Of a stretch of DNA of 64,000 nucleotides, positions 1 to 9,742 are shown piece after piece. Position 1 is the first letter of the stretch, and each line of letters opens with the position of its first letter. The position numbers were made by a program, and so were the translations under genes. Under the pieces are notes generated by a model that was not told where the DNA came from, did not search any database, and saw only the letters and a list, made by a program, of their open reading frames with translations. The stretch comes from a virus (taxonomy: Duplodnaviria > Heunggongvirae > Uroviricota > Caudoviricetes): IMG/VR virus record IMGVR_UViG_3300035696_000002; one strand, given 5' to 3'.

Positions 1-482
1 TACGGAGGCCCGGAAGGCGAGTTTGCACCGATGTAGGTGTCGCCGCGTTTGAAGTTGTAGGTGATGTAGAGGCTGTATCCAGCGGGGACGATGTCCTGCG
101 TCTGGAACTGGCCCGTTGCACCAGTCAGGCTGATGACGGTTACAGGGAATGTGTTGCCATTCGTGTCAGTTGCTTGAGCCTGAATCTTGCTCGGATCGTT
201 CGTGGTGACGCCCTTACCAGTTCCATCGACAACCGGGAAATAGGTTGTCTGGAAGCTGCGTGTCAAACCAGTGACTTGATTCGAGATGTTTTCTGCAACC
301 GCTTGATCGTCTTGAACCGCCGATGACCCACGGAAAAGTTCGATGTTGTTGAAGGTGTTGAAAAGTGAACCTTCACCAATAATCACCGGAATACGTGCCG
401 ACCCGAGAGCGGGCGGAAGCGTGCTCTGAATGATTGTCTGGGTGTAAACACCCGGTGGTGCGTAGCTCAAGAAGAGTGCCAT
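1..482 (-). CDS. Tail sheath protein, N-terminal part (runs off window start)
   Basis: ATG at 482 after GAGGG RBS; manual translation MALFLSYAPPGVYTQTIIQ...RIPVIIGEG matches the YxxPGVY start typical of contractile tail sheaths; not in ORF track because truncated. Confidence 0.75.
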   Translation of the reverse strand, partial: MALFLSYAPPGVYTQTIIQSTLPPALGSARIPVIIGEGSLFNTFNNIELFRGSSAVQDDQAVAENISNQVTGLTRSFQTTYFPVVDGTGKGVTTNDPSKIQAQATDTNGNTFPVTVISLTGATGQFQTQDIVPAGYSLYITYNFKRGDTYIGANSPSGPP

Positions 483-563
483 GGGTTAATCCCTCTTAAA
501 GTGGACTTCATTTATGCTGTCAAAAGTCCAAAGATTTTGTTGTTCTCGAACAATTGGAACGGG

Positions 564-923
564 TTAGTCGTCCTTCGGCTCCGGGGTAGCTACCGCTCTC
601 AGCGGTTTGTCAGTGGGGACGTATTCGTTTACCCCCACGGCAGTTAGCCCCGGTTTCCCGCTCTCCCTGCGAATCTTGTCTCGTTTTTCCTGCCGCTCAT
701 GGATGCGATCCCAACGTTTGGCCGCGTCCTGTCCGATCACCACATCAAGTGGTGCGTTAGTCATGCTTCCGGTGAGCACTGCTGGGGCGGAAACCTTCAT
801 CGCTGAAGGCCCACCGCACTTCGGGCATGACAGAGTTTCCGGCTTTACTGCGGACATTGCTGCATAAAGCTCTTGCACGACGCCGCAGTCTTCCTTGTTA
901 CACTGGTACTCGTAAATGGCCAT
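564..923 (-). CDS. FmdB-family zinc-ribbon protein
   Basis: MAIYEYQC-x4-C...CPKCG pattern. Confidence 0.75.
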   Translation of the reverse strand: MAIYEYQCNKEDCGVVQELYAAMSAVKPETLSCPKCGGPSAMKVSAPAVLTGSMTNAPLDVVIGQDAAKRWDRIHERQEKRDKIRRESGKPGLTAVGVNEYVPTDKPLRAVATPEPKDD

Positions 924-931
924 AGGCCCCC

Positions 932-2683
932 TTAAACGTAACTCTGAACGAACTGAAATCGTTCGGCTCCAAGGGCTTGCACCCGAGGAACCATCTGTAA
1001 TTTACCTGCAAAGTCGGGTAATTGCTCAACCTGTGTGATCTCGAACTGAGTCACGCGGTTCACCAGCGGCACGTAGACCTTCCAGTCGCACATCGCCGTC
1101 ACCGAGATGTTGAAGGTGTACGTCGAGGCGGTTGCGGACGGATCACGCTGCTGACCGATAAAGTCACGACTGGCCTCAAAAACAGTAATGCCGTCCTGCT
1201 CCATGTAGTTGCGGCGGCGGATCAAAAGCTGTTCCTTCAGCATTTCGCTCAACATGGAAGCGGTCTGAAGATCGTTTGCCTTGACTTCTAATGTGATCGT
1301 CAGGTTGTCTTTGGAGCCAAAAATCTCGTAAACCTCTGTGGTTACGGGACTTACTATAACCGCGATCTGGTCTCCAACCACTACCTGATCGCCGATGGCG
1401 AGCCACAGGCCGGGGAACACGTACTGAAGCTGCCCGGCGTTGTTCAAAAGCGGCTTCCCCGCCGTGTCCTGTTCCTTCTGTGTCGGCGTCGGATTCTGCG
1501 GAGTCGGCTTCGGGACTGAGTATGTGATCGAATTCGGATCGACAATGACGAAGTTGCTCAGTTCCAGCTTTCTGCCCTTGGCGAGATATCGCTGATCGAG
1601 GATGCGAACCTCCCAACGACACCATTGGCCGGGCTGGAGCAGCACCGGGAGCACAACGTTGCCTTGTGCATCCGGCGTCACGTTCGGAAAGTCCCCGGCT
1701 GGCGTGTGGATAAACACCTGTCCCTCGGCCAGACTTTGGTTCGGCCCAACGTTAGTCGGGAGAATATTCTCTGGGTTGGTGCCCGGCGTAGTATAAGGAT
1801 TCAGCTTCACGACCATATTGGCCGTGATGGTGCTGCCGGGAGGTGCGGTCTGCGACAGTTGAATCCACTGCGGCCCGCCGTAGAAGGTGTAATCCAGATT
1901 GGGACGGAGTTGGTACCCAGTCTGATCGGTGAAGTTCACCGAAACGTAGGGCACCGGGATGTTGATGAGTTCTCGCTCGAAGCCGCCCTTCGTGCTCTGG
2001 CACACGACCATGCTCTGGGGCCGCTGGTACCAAAAATCGGTGAAGGGATTCAGCGGTGTGCCGTTCTGGAAGTTGAACACAAGCTGCTCGCACGGCGTAA
2101 GGAGATTTGCGAACCCACCATACGAGGTGTTGAACGCATTGAAATTCACCACAGCACCAGTCGTCGCGTCATGAGCGGTCAGAGTCGTGAGATCGACAAC
2201 CTGATTGTTCATGATGCCGGGCGAATCATAAGTTGGGTCGATGAGGCCTTGACGGAAAAACACCTGCGAGCCAGCAGCCTGCTTGATGCAGCCCTCACGC
2301 CAGATGTATTTCTGCACGGTGAAGCCTACGTCGCGTGTCTGTTCGCTGACGTAGTCCACATTGATGTAGTAAACACCGGGGTCTTGCAACGCGAGTGTGG
2401 GATCGGTCTCACGAAGGTACTCAATGAAGCAGCCTTCCTTGTCTTCGAACTTGCCAAGGATGGCACGGCCCAACTGAGTGCACATGAAATAATCTGGGGA
2501 GAGGCGGTTGCCGGAGGAGGCGACGTTCTTGATGATAATCCAAGCATCTTTCCAGCGAATCATTGTGTTCGCTGGATAGCTGACCTCTCCCAGAGTTTTC
2601 TTGAATCGGGGATTACGATCTACGGCGTCGCGGATGATACGCAGCAGGTATGCTACGAGATTTCCGCCAGTAAGGTCTAGCAT
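932..2683 (-). CDS. Putative virion structural (tail completion/neck-region) protein, 583 aa
   Basis: Long ORF with GGAGG RBS, between neck genes and sheath. Confidence 0.5.
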   Translation of the reverse strand: MLDLTGGNLVAYLLRIIRDAVDRNPRFKKTLGEVSYPANTMIRWKDAWIIIKNVASSGNRLSPDYFMCTQLGRAILGKFEDKEGCFIEYLRETDPTLALQDPGVYYINVDYVSEQTRDVGFTVQKYIWREGCIKQAAGSQVFFRQGLIDPTYDSPGIMNNQVVDLTTLTAHDATTGAVVNFNAFNTSYGGFANLLTPCEQLVFNFQNGTPLNPFTDFWYQRPQSMVVCQSTKGGFERELINIPVPYVSVNFTDQTGYQLRPNLDYTFYGGPQWIQLSQTAPPGSTITANMVVKLNPYTTPGTNPENILPTNVGPNQSLAEGQVFIHTPAGDFPNVTPDAQGNVVLPVLLQPGQWCRWEVRILDQRYLAKGRKLELSNFVIVDPNSITYSVPKPTPQNPTPTQKEQDTAGKPLLNNAGQLQYVFPGLWLAIGDQVVVGDQIAVIVSPVTTEVYEIFGSKDNLTITLEVKANDLQTASMLSEMLKEQLLIRRRNYMEQDGITVFEASRDFIGQQRDPSATASTYTFNISVTAMCDWKVYVPLVNRVTQFEITQVEQLPDFAGKLQMVPRVQALGAERFQFVQSYV

Positions 2684-2692
2684 GAGACCTCC

Positions 2693-3205
2693 TTACCAGC
2701 CGCCAGATACGTTTCCCTGCGGTGGAGGCGAAAGAACATCCGGTGCACCGAATTCCGGGCCATCGACCACCCGAACAGGCTGGGCGTCGTAATCCACTCC
2801 CGGAGGCGGGGGCGGAATGACCTGCTGGACGGGTTCAACGTACTGGTGAATCGAGCGGCGAATGTCATAAACCGAAACTTGAGCATGAATGCGTGGGTAC
2901 CAGCGATTTTCGATCTCAACTTGTCCACGAGCGTCATAGCCAAGAATCCACCATTCACTGCCGTCATGAGATTGGAAGATCGCTCCCGGAATCAAGTAGG
3001 CGAAGAAAATCTCGTCGCCCTCGACCGGGGAGAGGGGGTTGGGCAGCAAGAGGTTGCCGGGATTCGGCCCCATCTGAGCGAAAGTCGAAATGCGGCTGTC
3101 GTCCGGGTCTCCTACCATCGCCTGAAGATCAGGATTGACGTTAGGCTGGTCGTCATCACACAAAACACGGGCGGTTTTCGCCAAATCGTTCACATCAAAA
3201 GCCAT
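2693..3205 (-). CDS. Hypothetical protein (probable start MAFDVN at 3205)
   Basis: ORF track; GAGAGG RBS upstream of ATG 3205. Confidence 0.55.
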   Translation of the reverse strand: MAFDVNDLAKTARVLCDDDQPNVNPDLQAMVGDPDDSRISTFAQMGPNPGNLLLPNPLSPVEGDEIFFAYLIPGAIFQSHDGSEWWILGYDARGQVEIENRWYPRIHAQVSVYDIRRSIHQYVEPVQQVIPPPPPGVDYDAQPVRVVDGPEFGAPDVLSPPPQGNVSGGW

Positions 3206-3239
3206 AAAGGAAGCCTCTCTACTAGGGTACAAATAGTCA

Positions 3240-4529
3240 TTACGTTTGGATTTTCCCGAATGTCACCGTCCGGCCAAGCGGGATGTTCGGGTTCTCCCAG
3301 TCCTTGCCCGGCACGGTACGCGGATCGAACACGGGCTCGCCATCCTGCTTGCCATTCAACGGGTTGTGGTGCACAACCGGGTTGTAGATCGTCGGGAGGA
3401 CGGTGTTCACTTCCGGGATCAAGTACCGGGTGTCGCCCTCAGGCAGCAAGCTGACCGTGAAGTCCTGCTGCAAAAGGATGCCACGAGGGTTTTTGTAGAC
3501 CACGTTATTGATGACCAACCGCTCGCCATTACGCCGGATGATGAGGTCGCCGTTTTGGACAATCGGAGTTGGGCCGAGGTATGCCCGGCTGTCGCGGGTG
3601 GTCTTGATACCGCCCTCGTTCAACTCACGCATCAAAGCGGTGTCCGGTGGAACGAAGATGAAATCATACGGGCCGAGGTAGCCGCCGACCCAACCCGTCT
3701 CGTAGCAGGAGGTGCAGCCATGCTTCGGTTCTTCTGTGCCAAACAGGCAGCCGCAACGTTCACCACGATTGAGCTTGAAGAACAGAAATGCAGGCTCCCC
3801 AACTTCCTCAAAGAGCCACTGGTTGCGGCGAACCATCTCTTGGTACTCCCACGTGATCTTGTCCACTTCCTGAGTGTTGACCACCGTGGTGCCGGGGTGA
3901 CCGGGCACGTGCATCTCGCCTTCGGCACCCACGGGAACAATCGTGTAGTACGTGCGGACGAGCGAGGTGTAGATGTCCACGTAGTTGACGAGCTTTTTGT
4001 ACGTCGCCTGAAACAGCGTGAAGTTCGAGTAGTTGGCGGCAAGGACTTGGCCTGCACTCGCGAGCGGCAGTGCATTGACCGAACCTCCGCCTGCGATGGT
4101 GTTATCCATCTGGAGCCAGACGGCTCTGTCGGTCGCATCAACTTTCACAGGGCGGAATGTCTGCCCGTCGATGTTGGGCTGGCCGGAGACAGAGCATGTC
4201 ACAGTGACATCCTCGACACCCGCCAACACTGGGCGACCAACGACGATATTGGAGTACGGGAAATCCGGGATGTGGAAGCCCCAGCGGCCCAGCGTGCCCT
4301 GTTCGAGCCAGTCGCCCGGCTGCACGGTGTAGGTCACCACTTCCAGAGCGGACATGTCGCGGTAGAAATGCCCACGCCACGGCGTCGCATTCAGTTTGAT
4401 CCAATTGACCGGATAATCCTGTGCCCGATAAATGTTGTACCCGAGGGTTGCACAGGGATCGTCCACCCACCATATATCGCGGGAGCCAACGAAACTCGAA
4501 TTCAGTACAAGAACGTTACTGACTGCCAT
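3240..4529 (-). CDS. Putative head-closure/neck protein
   Basis: CxC...CxxCYxTGWVGGY motif as seen in neck proteins of large myoviruses; structural context. Confidence 0.55.
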   Translation of the reverse strand: MAVSNVLVLNSSFVGSRDIWWVDDPCATLGYNIYRAQDYPVNWIKLNATPWRGHFYRDMSALEVVTYTVQPGDWLEQGTLGRWGFHIPDFPYSNIVVGRPVLAGVEDVTVTCSVSGQPNIDGQTFRPVKVDATDRAVWLQMDNTIAGGGSVNALPLASAGQVLAANYSNFTLFQATYKKLVNYVDIYTSLVRTYYTIVPVGAEGEMHVPGHPGTTVVNTQEVDKITWEYQEMVRRNQWLFEEVGEPAFLFFKLNRGERCGCLFGTEEPKHGCTSCYETGWVGGYLGPYDFIFVPPDTALMRELNEGGIKTTRDSRAYLGPTPIVQNGDLIIRRNGERLVINNVVYKNPRGILLQQDFTVSLLPEGDTRYLIPEVNTVLPTIYNPVVHHNPLNGKQDGEPVFDPRTVPGKDWENPNIPLGRTVTFGKIQT

Positions 4530-5049
4530 CAGATTCCTCCGCCGAGGCTGTATTCAATGAGGAGTAAAAATCTTTTGCTGGTTGCCGGGGCTGAATCTTC
4601 TTGCCCTTCGGCACTCGCCGTGTATCGGCCTTAATCACCTCGATAGCGTCATGGAGGTGACTGAACGCGGTCTCCAGTTTCGGCCCCGCCTTGCCGTAAT
4701 CGTTAGTCATGTCGAGCGTGTGTTGTGCCAGCGAGATTTGTTCGATGGCGTCGTCGATATCAATCTTGATCTGGTCTTTCGCCTTCTTCGAAACCACCTT
4801 CATTGCTTTCTGAATCTCGGGCAGCAAACGGCTCTTCAAAGAGTTCATCGTGAAGTTCCATACACGTTGAGCCCCGTAGGAATTCTGGTACTCAGGGACG
4901 TACCCACGCACCGGGTTATTAAGAATCTCGTCATGAAGAGCCATGAGATCGGTTGCGATCTCGCTGTCGTAGTCATCAAAATCGAGAATGCTCAACAACC
5001 CAGCACGTTTCGTATACGGGTAGTTCAAAAGTGGCGACTTGAAATCCAT
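4516..5049 (-). CDS. Hypothetical protein (start MDFKSPLL)
   Basis: ORF track; tightly packed between neck genes. Confidence 0.55.
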   Translation of the reverse strand: MDFKSPLLNYPYTKRAGLLSILDFDDYDSEIATDLMALHDEILNNPVRGYVPEYQNSYGAQRVWNFTMNSLKSRLLPEIQKAMKVVSKKAKDQIKIDIDDAIEQISLAQHTLDMTNDYGKAGPKLETAFSHLHDAIEVIKADTRRVPKGKKIQPRQPAKDFYSSLNTASAEESDGSQ

Positions 5050-5051
5050 GG

Positions 5052-6002
5052 TTACCCCAACAGCCAACGTTGCTGACGCAGACCAGCGGAGAACGGACGG
5101 TTCGCCGTGAGCAGCGGTGCAACGGTCTGGAACTGGGTCGTGTACGTGTCACCCAGTCCTCGATACAAATCTGCTTTGTTGATGTCCAGCGACACGCCAT
5201 TGAGCGAGTAGCTAAACTGGTCGGCTGCCCAGCGTGCACCTTCAGAAGACAGGCACAGGCCAGCCGCACCCAATGCAGCGATTCTGCCCCAGTCCACCGG
5301 GATGTTGTCGAGCGTGTAGTTGTAGTAGTTCTTCGGGTTCCACACGTTCAACTGGCTGATCGCGATGTCGAGCATGATGAGGATTGTCGAATCAAGCCAG
5401 ATGTAGCCAACACGGGTCGTGTAGCCCGCGACAACCCGGCCCGGCGTCGGCGGGCGGAAATGGTAGTTCCGGTCGGGGTTCGTATCCGACAGGAGTTCGC
5501 GGACGTACCGGATCGCCTGAGCGTACATCTGCGGCGTCGTGGCAGCGGAGGCTATGCTGAGTTGCTGGCCGACGATCATGGACGGGGCCTCAAAGGCCGG
5601 GTCGGTCGGATCGACGGTCTGGACGACGAAGTTTTCGAAGACAGTATCAACCGGGCTGCTGGCGTACTGCTGGAGGTTCCAGACAATGCGATAAATGCCC
5701 CGCCACTGGGTCGGGATGGTGATGTTGGCGTAGTAGGCCCCCTGCGATGCCCGTGTGGGCACCTGCTGAGGCTGGCCAACCAGAGTCATACCCTCGGCTG
5801 GCACCGGAGGCCCGCCTTGCATGTTCTGGGGCTGGTGCAGGTCATATTCGTAAGCAATTGTGGGTTTTACCGGGATGCTGGAACTGATCTGGAAGATCGA
5901 AAAATTGAGAAGAACCGGGTCAAGCAGAGTCCCTTGGGCGTCCCGAACCATGATCGAAAGGTTGCTGGGGCCTAATGTCTGCCCCTGTGTGAATGTCACC
6001 AT
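5052..6002 (-). CDS. Putative head-tail adaptor/neck protein
   Basis: C-terminal FSYSLNGVSL-type motif; structural context. Confidence 0.5.
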   Translation of the reverse strand: MVTFTQGQTLGPSNLSIMVRDAQGTLLDPVLLNFSIFQISSSIPVKPTIAYEYDLHQPQNMQGGPPVPAEGMTLVGQPQQVPTRASQGAYYANITIPTQWRGIYRIVWNLQQYASSPVDTVFENFVVQTVDPTDPAFEAPSMIVGQQLSIASAATTPQMYAQAIRYVRELLSDTNPDRNYHFRPPTPGRVVAGYTTRVGYIWLDSTILIMLDIAISQLNVWNPKNYYNYTLDNIPVDWGRIAALGAAGLCLSSEGARWAADQFSYSLNGVSLDINKADLYRGLGDTYTTQFQTVAPLLTANRPFSAGLRQQRWLLG

Positions 6003-6037
6003 AAAGATAGTTCTCTCCCTACAAAGAAACGGGTATT

Positions 6038-6595
6038 ATGTTAGTGATGATCCTCTTCAACATCTGCGGTGGGCCGGGGGCTGGAAAAACCACGTTCTCG
6101 TACTACCTCGCATATCGCCTCAAGCGGGCTGGCTTTAGGACAGACCTGATCTACGAGCCATCACGTGACCTTATCTTCGGCGGCTACCCAGACCGTCCGC
6201 CGCACCAGTTGCTCGACAACCAAGTCCTGATGGTCGGAGAAACCTACGAGCGGACGCTGCGGCTCAAGCGGCACGGCTTTCAAGTTGCCGTCTCCGACTC
6301 ACCCATCGTCCAATGTCTTCTCTACTGCAAAGGACATAAGTACTTCGATAACCTGAAGTCCGTCATCAAGGACATCGAGACTGAGTTCGACACGTACAAC
6401 ATCTTCATTCACCCGAGGCCGGGCAGCTACGATCCTGAATCACGCACTCAGAAGACTGAGGCTGAGGCTCGTGCACTGGATAGTGTAGTGCGGGAGTTGT
6501 TCGATAAGTTTTGGATGGAAGTAAACTGGGATCAGGAAGAACTGTTGGGGGACGCGGCGGTCGAACTGGTCAGGAAGAAATCTTCATCTTCGTAA
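6038..6595 (+). CDS. P-loop NTPase / nucleotide kinase (NadR/AAA_28-like)
   Basis: Walker A GGPGAGKTT, VSDSP strand, R-x-Q lid motif. Confidence 0.75.
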   Translation: MLVMILFNICGGPGAGKTTFSYYLAYRLKRAGFRTDLIYEPSRDLIFGGYPDRPPHQLLDNQVLMVGETYERTLRLKRHGFQVAVSDSPIVQCLLYCKGHKYFDNLKSVIKDIETEFDTYNIFIHPRPGSYDPESRTQKTEAEARALDSVVRELFDKFWMEVNWDQEELLGDAAVELVRKKSSSS

Positions 6596-6729
6596 GCCAG
6601 CCTTTATCCTCGTCGGTGAGTTCGTGCCGGGTCATTGGTGCATCCGACAAGGGAACAACATTCAATCCCGCCTCGACCGGATCGAAATCAAAAATGAAAC
6701 AGGAACCTAGCGGGTCGTAACCGTAATCA

Positions 6730-6993
6730 TCATTCATTCTCTTCGTCTTCTTCTCGCACCCACATCATCTCTTGCCAGTGTTCATCACAAAGCCAATGGG
6801 CGTAGTTAAAGAACCCATCCTCCAGAAGATACTCTGGATTTTCGTATCCTGCTGGCTGGCCGCAAAGGGAGTTCTGATCTATGGTGAAGAAATCGGGGTT
6901 CCCGTCTTCGTCGAAATTGGATTCGTCATCCATCGCGACTGTTACGGTCATGCCAGCATCGTCAACTTCAACACCGCAAAAATGATCGGGCAT
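6730..6993 (-). CDS. Small acidic hypothetical protein
   Basis: ORF track; start overlaps the upstream stop. Confidence 0.5.
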   Translation of the reverse strand: MPDHFCGVEVDDAGMTVTVAMDDESNFDEDGNPDFFTIDQNSLCGQPAGYENPEYLLEDGFFNYAHWLCDEHWQEMMWVREEDEENE

Positions 6994-7337
6994 TATCCAT
7001 GAGCCTGTGAGGCGTCGGCGGCATGATTCGCCGGAAGCCGTTGACTCATCTGCCGAATCTGTGCTTCGAGTTCAGCATATTCCGGCACGTCGCCGTTCTG
7101 TTTGAGTTTCAGATTCTCGTAGGTGATGCCAACGCGGCGATACATTTCGAGCATGGCACAAATGAACATGCCCATGGTCGCGTTGAGATCGGAGTAATTC
7201 AGGCCTTGGCCGATGAGGAACTTGAGGGCCAAGCGAGTCGCGACGTAGTTCAGATCACCCACCGTATGGACATTCTCGCTGATGGCTTGAATGTGTGGGT
7301 CGATTGCTTCGCGTGCGATCTCTTGAATGTAGGGCAT
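6993..7337 (-). CDS. Conserved phage protein (DUF6899-like)
   Basis: MPYI...GDLNY...EMYRRV...YE..K...NGDV pattern recalled from this family. Confidence 0.6.
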   Translation of the reverse strand: MPYIQEIAREAIDPHIQAISENVHTVGDLNYVATRLALKFLIGQGLNYSDLNATMGMFICAMLEMYRRVGITYENLKLKQNGDVPEYAELEAQIRQMSQRLPANHAADASQAHG

Positions 7338-8134
7338 TAGGTTGTTTTCTCGGCTTCCTCACCCGGCCTCAAATAAGTGATGGTTTGCGGGTTGGAGTAA
7401 GTATACCGAATTTCTTCTGGCAACTCAAGAACGAGGCTCCATGCGATGGTGCTGTAGCCAAGCAAGTCCTTAGCGGAGTCGGCCAGTCCTTCGAAATTGC
7501 TAGTATTGCCGTTCGCCTTTAATTGGGTAATCCGGGCGATCTTATCCCACAGTCGAGGAAGCAATCCGGGGATGCCGTGGCGGCGGAAACTCTCGCCGTA
7601 ATCTTGTGCTTTGGGATGAAGAAGTTTGGTGGTCTGGTGGAGGCGTCTCTGAACATTGTATTCGGAGTCGAGGAATTGCTCCTCAGTGACGGCCCACGCG
7701 GCCCCATAAGGGCCATGCTCTTCGAGAAGGCATATCATCGCCGACATGTAGACCAAGAAATGGAGGCCGTCGTCAACCATGGCCAGTATCATCGGAGGCC
7801 ATGCTGCCATGGGCAACTTCCGCTGTGTTTCCACGCAGCCCTCGATGATGAAATACCGATACAGCCATTGAAGTGTGAAATCCTCGACGCCATAAAACCC
7901 AATTGGGGGCATGAACTTTTTGAGGATGTCGCTGTCGATAGTGCCCACTACGGGAGTCCCGGCGACGTAGCCCAAGCCCTCCATACTGTGGGTGAGTTGA
8001 TCTTTGGACTGCATCAGTTTTGCGGCTCTATCAATTTCAACACGGGCGGGAATGGACTCGACTACAGATCGCCAGTCGGTGCCGTGAATCATCAAGCCTT
8101 TGCGGACTTCATTCCAAACGGGAGTGATGCTCAT
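7337..8134 (-). CDS. DUF1599/Nmad1-like nucleotide-modification-associated domain protein
   Basis: C-terminal K-x-x-DYG...RLWDKIAR...DSAKDLLGYS motif; start MSITPV at 8134. Confidence 0.65.
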   Translation of the reverse strand: MSITPVWNEVRKGLMIHGTDWRSVVESIPARVEIDRAAKLMQSKDQLTHSMEGLGYVAGTPVVGTIDSDILKKFMPPIGFYGVEDFTLQWLYRYFIIEGCVETQRKLPMAAWPPMILAMVDDGLHFLVYMSAMICLLEEHGPYGAAWAVTEEQFLDSEYNVQRRLHQTTKLLHPKAQDYGESFRRHGIPGLLPRLWDKIARITQLKANGNTSNFEGLADSAKDLLGYSTIAWSLVLELPEEIRYTYSNPQTITYLRPGEEAEKTT

Positions 8135-8172
8135 GTCATATAAATACGCAGGTTTGGCAGTATTGAGTAGGT

Positions 8173-8484
8173 ATGGCGAAGAAAAAAGCTGACGACTTCC
8201 CGGCTGTGCGTGCAATCGCGGCTGAGTCAGAGGAGCGGCGGCGGACGCGATTAGAGGAAGAGATCGCACGCGAACAGGACGTAATCAACAAGGCCTACGA
8301 CCGGGCCATGGAGACCGCTTGGCGAAAGTACAGCAGTGCCATGCGGGACAATACTGACTCCCACAAACCCGGCACAGAAATGCCTTACGATGTTCAGTAT
8401 GATCGCGACCGGGCAGCAGCGTTGAAAGAGTGGAAGGACGCCAGCAAGCAGTTGGAACACAAAGCGGATTCTATCGGAGTCTGA
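8173..8484 (+). CDS. Hypothetical helical protein
   Basis: ORF track; AGGT RBS; divergent from the Nmad1-like gene. Confidence 0.5.
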   Translation: MAKKKADDFPAVRAIAAESEERRRTRLEEEIAREQDVINKAYDRAMETAWRKYSSAMRDNTDSHKPGTEMPYDVQYDRDRAAALKEWKDASKQLEHKADSIGV

Positions 8485-8833
8485 ACTCTACCGTACCCTC
8501 GGCCTCAGCCGGGACACCGTTACAGGTAGCCGGGCGGAACCGCCACTGACGGATTCCTCGCAGAGCGACAGCCGGGCCGTCCAGCATCAGAGGGCCGTAC
8601 ACTCGCCCATCAATTCCCACAATCAAACTGATCTTGGCATTGGTTTGGAGCACCATCGGATCGGGCGTCGAGATCGGCACCGGGGGCGTCGCATTCTCGC
8701 ACCGTAGCCCATTGAAGGCCATCTTACGGAAGAACCTGACTCGCGGCAGAGGCCGGGCAGCCGGGGCCGAAGTTGTATCCGACGCCGGAGCCAAGGAAGC
8801 CAGCAGGAGCACGGCCAGAAAGAGTCTACCCAC
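8471..8833 (-). CDS. Secreted TonB C-terminal-like domain protein
   Basis: GTG start, signal peptide RLFLAVLLLASLAPA; VGIDGRV...ALRGIRQWRFRPA..NGVP...TVEF is the TonB_C pattern. Confidence 0.65.
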   Translation of the reverse strand: MGRLFLAVLLLASLAPASDTTSAPAARPLPRVRFFRKMAFNGLRCENATPPVPISTPDPMVLQTNAKISLIVGIDGRVYGPLMLDGPAVALRGIRQWRFRPATCNGVPAEAEGTVEFRLR

Positions 8834-9290
8834 GAAGCACCCCCTCCAGTTGGGCGATCCGGGCCTTGAGTTCTTCGTAGGTCGGTTCCGGCTTCGCGGC
8901 GGTCTTGGCCGGGAGGACGCGGAACGGACGCTCGAACGCACCGATCTTGATGTCGATGTACCAGCCCACGTCGAAATAGTCGGTTTGCGGTTCGCTGCGG
9001 TCGTGGTTGCCGACCATCATCGCGGCCTTGATCTTCTTGAACGTCTCCGCCAGCGGGGCCGGGTACTCACGGTCGAGGTAGTATTCGTTGAGATTGACGT
9101 ACTCCGGGCGGGACTCGCGGCGTTCCTTACAGACGAGGTTTTCGCCAATCAGGTCAATCGGGGCGGCAGTGATGGTCAGGACGAGCGTGCTGTGGTGATG
9201 CACCGACAGCGTGTATTTCCAGTCTTGCGGGATGACTTTCTTGATTTCGGCGGCGAGGACTGCTTTGCGTTCCTGCGACATGAATGCCAT
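8826..9290 (-). CDS. Conserved phage protein (LPD29-like)
   Basis: NHDRSEPQTDYFDVGWY motif. Confidence 0.55.
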   Translation of the reverse strand: MAFMSQERKAVLAAEIKKVIPQDWKYTLSVHHHSTLVLTITAAPIDLIGENLVCKERRESRPEYVNLNEYYLDREYPAPLAETFKKIKAAMMVGNHDRSEPQTDYFDVGWYIDIKIGAFERPFRVLPAKTAAKPEPTYEELKARIAQLEGVLRG

Positions 9291-9337
9291 GTCTATAGTA
9301 TACCGATCCGGGGGAGGGATTGGCCAGCCTTAACCCC

Positions 9338-9736
9338 TTATAATTCAAGCATTTCGGGGTGATTTAGGTTGGGTTTTGTGGGTGGACGGTGGGTGTGGCC
9401 TTGGCAATCCACGTTCAACTCGGCCTGTGCCTCGTCTTCGATGGCCGCGACGATCTCGTTGACGCCGCGTTCGTCGATCAGCTTCGGCCCAGTCTGGAAG
9501 CGTAAATCGTAATTGTGTTTCAGGGTGCCGTCCGGTGCCCGGTAGGTGCCCACCAGTTGCACCGACACGCAGAGGCAACCCGCGTGCTTCCACACGATCT
9601 TGACAAATTTGTCCGTGGCATACGAGCCCCGATCCAGCAGAGCGAAACTCACATGCCTACGGACAATCTTTGGAGCATGGCCGATCTTGAACTTCCCCGG
9701 CCTATCCTCGCTGCCGTTTTTGTTGATGTAGATCAC
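9338..9736 (-). CDS. Hypothetical protein
   Basis: ORF track; directly downstream of NAMPT. Confidence 0.45.
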   Translation of the reverse strand: MIYINKNGSEDRPGKFKIGHAPKIVRRHVSFALLDRGSYATDKFVKIVWKHAGCLCVSVQLVGTYRAPDGTLKHNYDLRFQTGPKLIDERGVNEIVAAIEDEAQAELNVDCQGHTHRPPTKPNLNHPEMLEL

Positions 9737-9742
9737 GCGATC

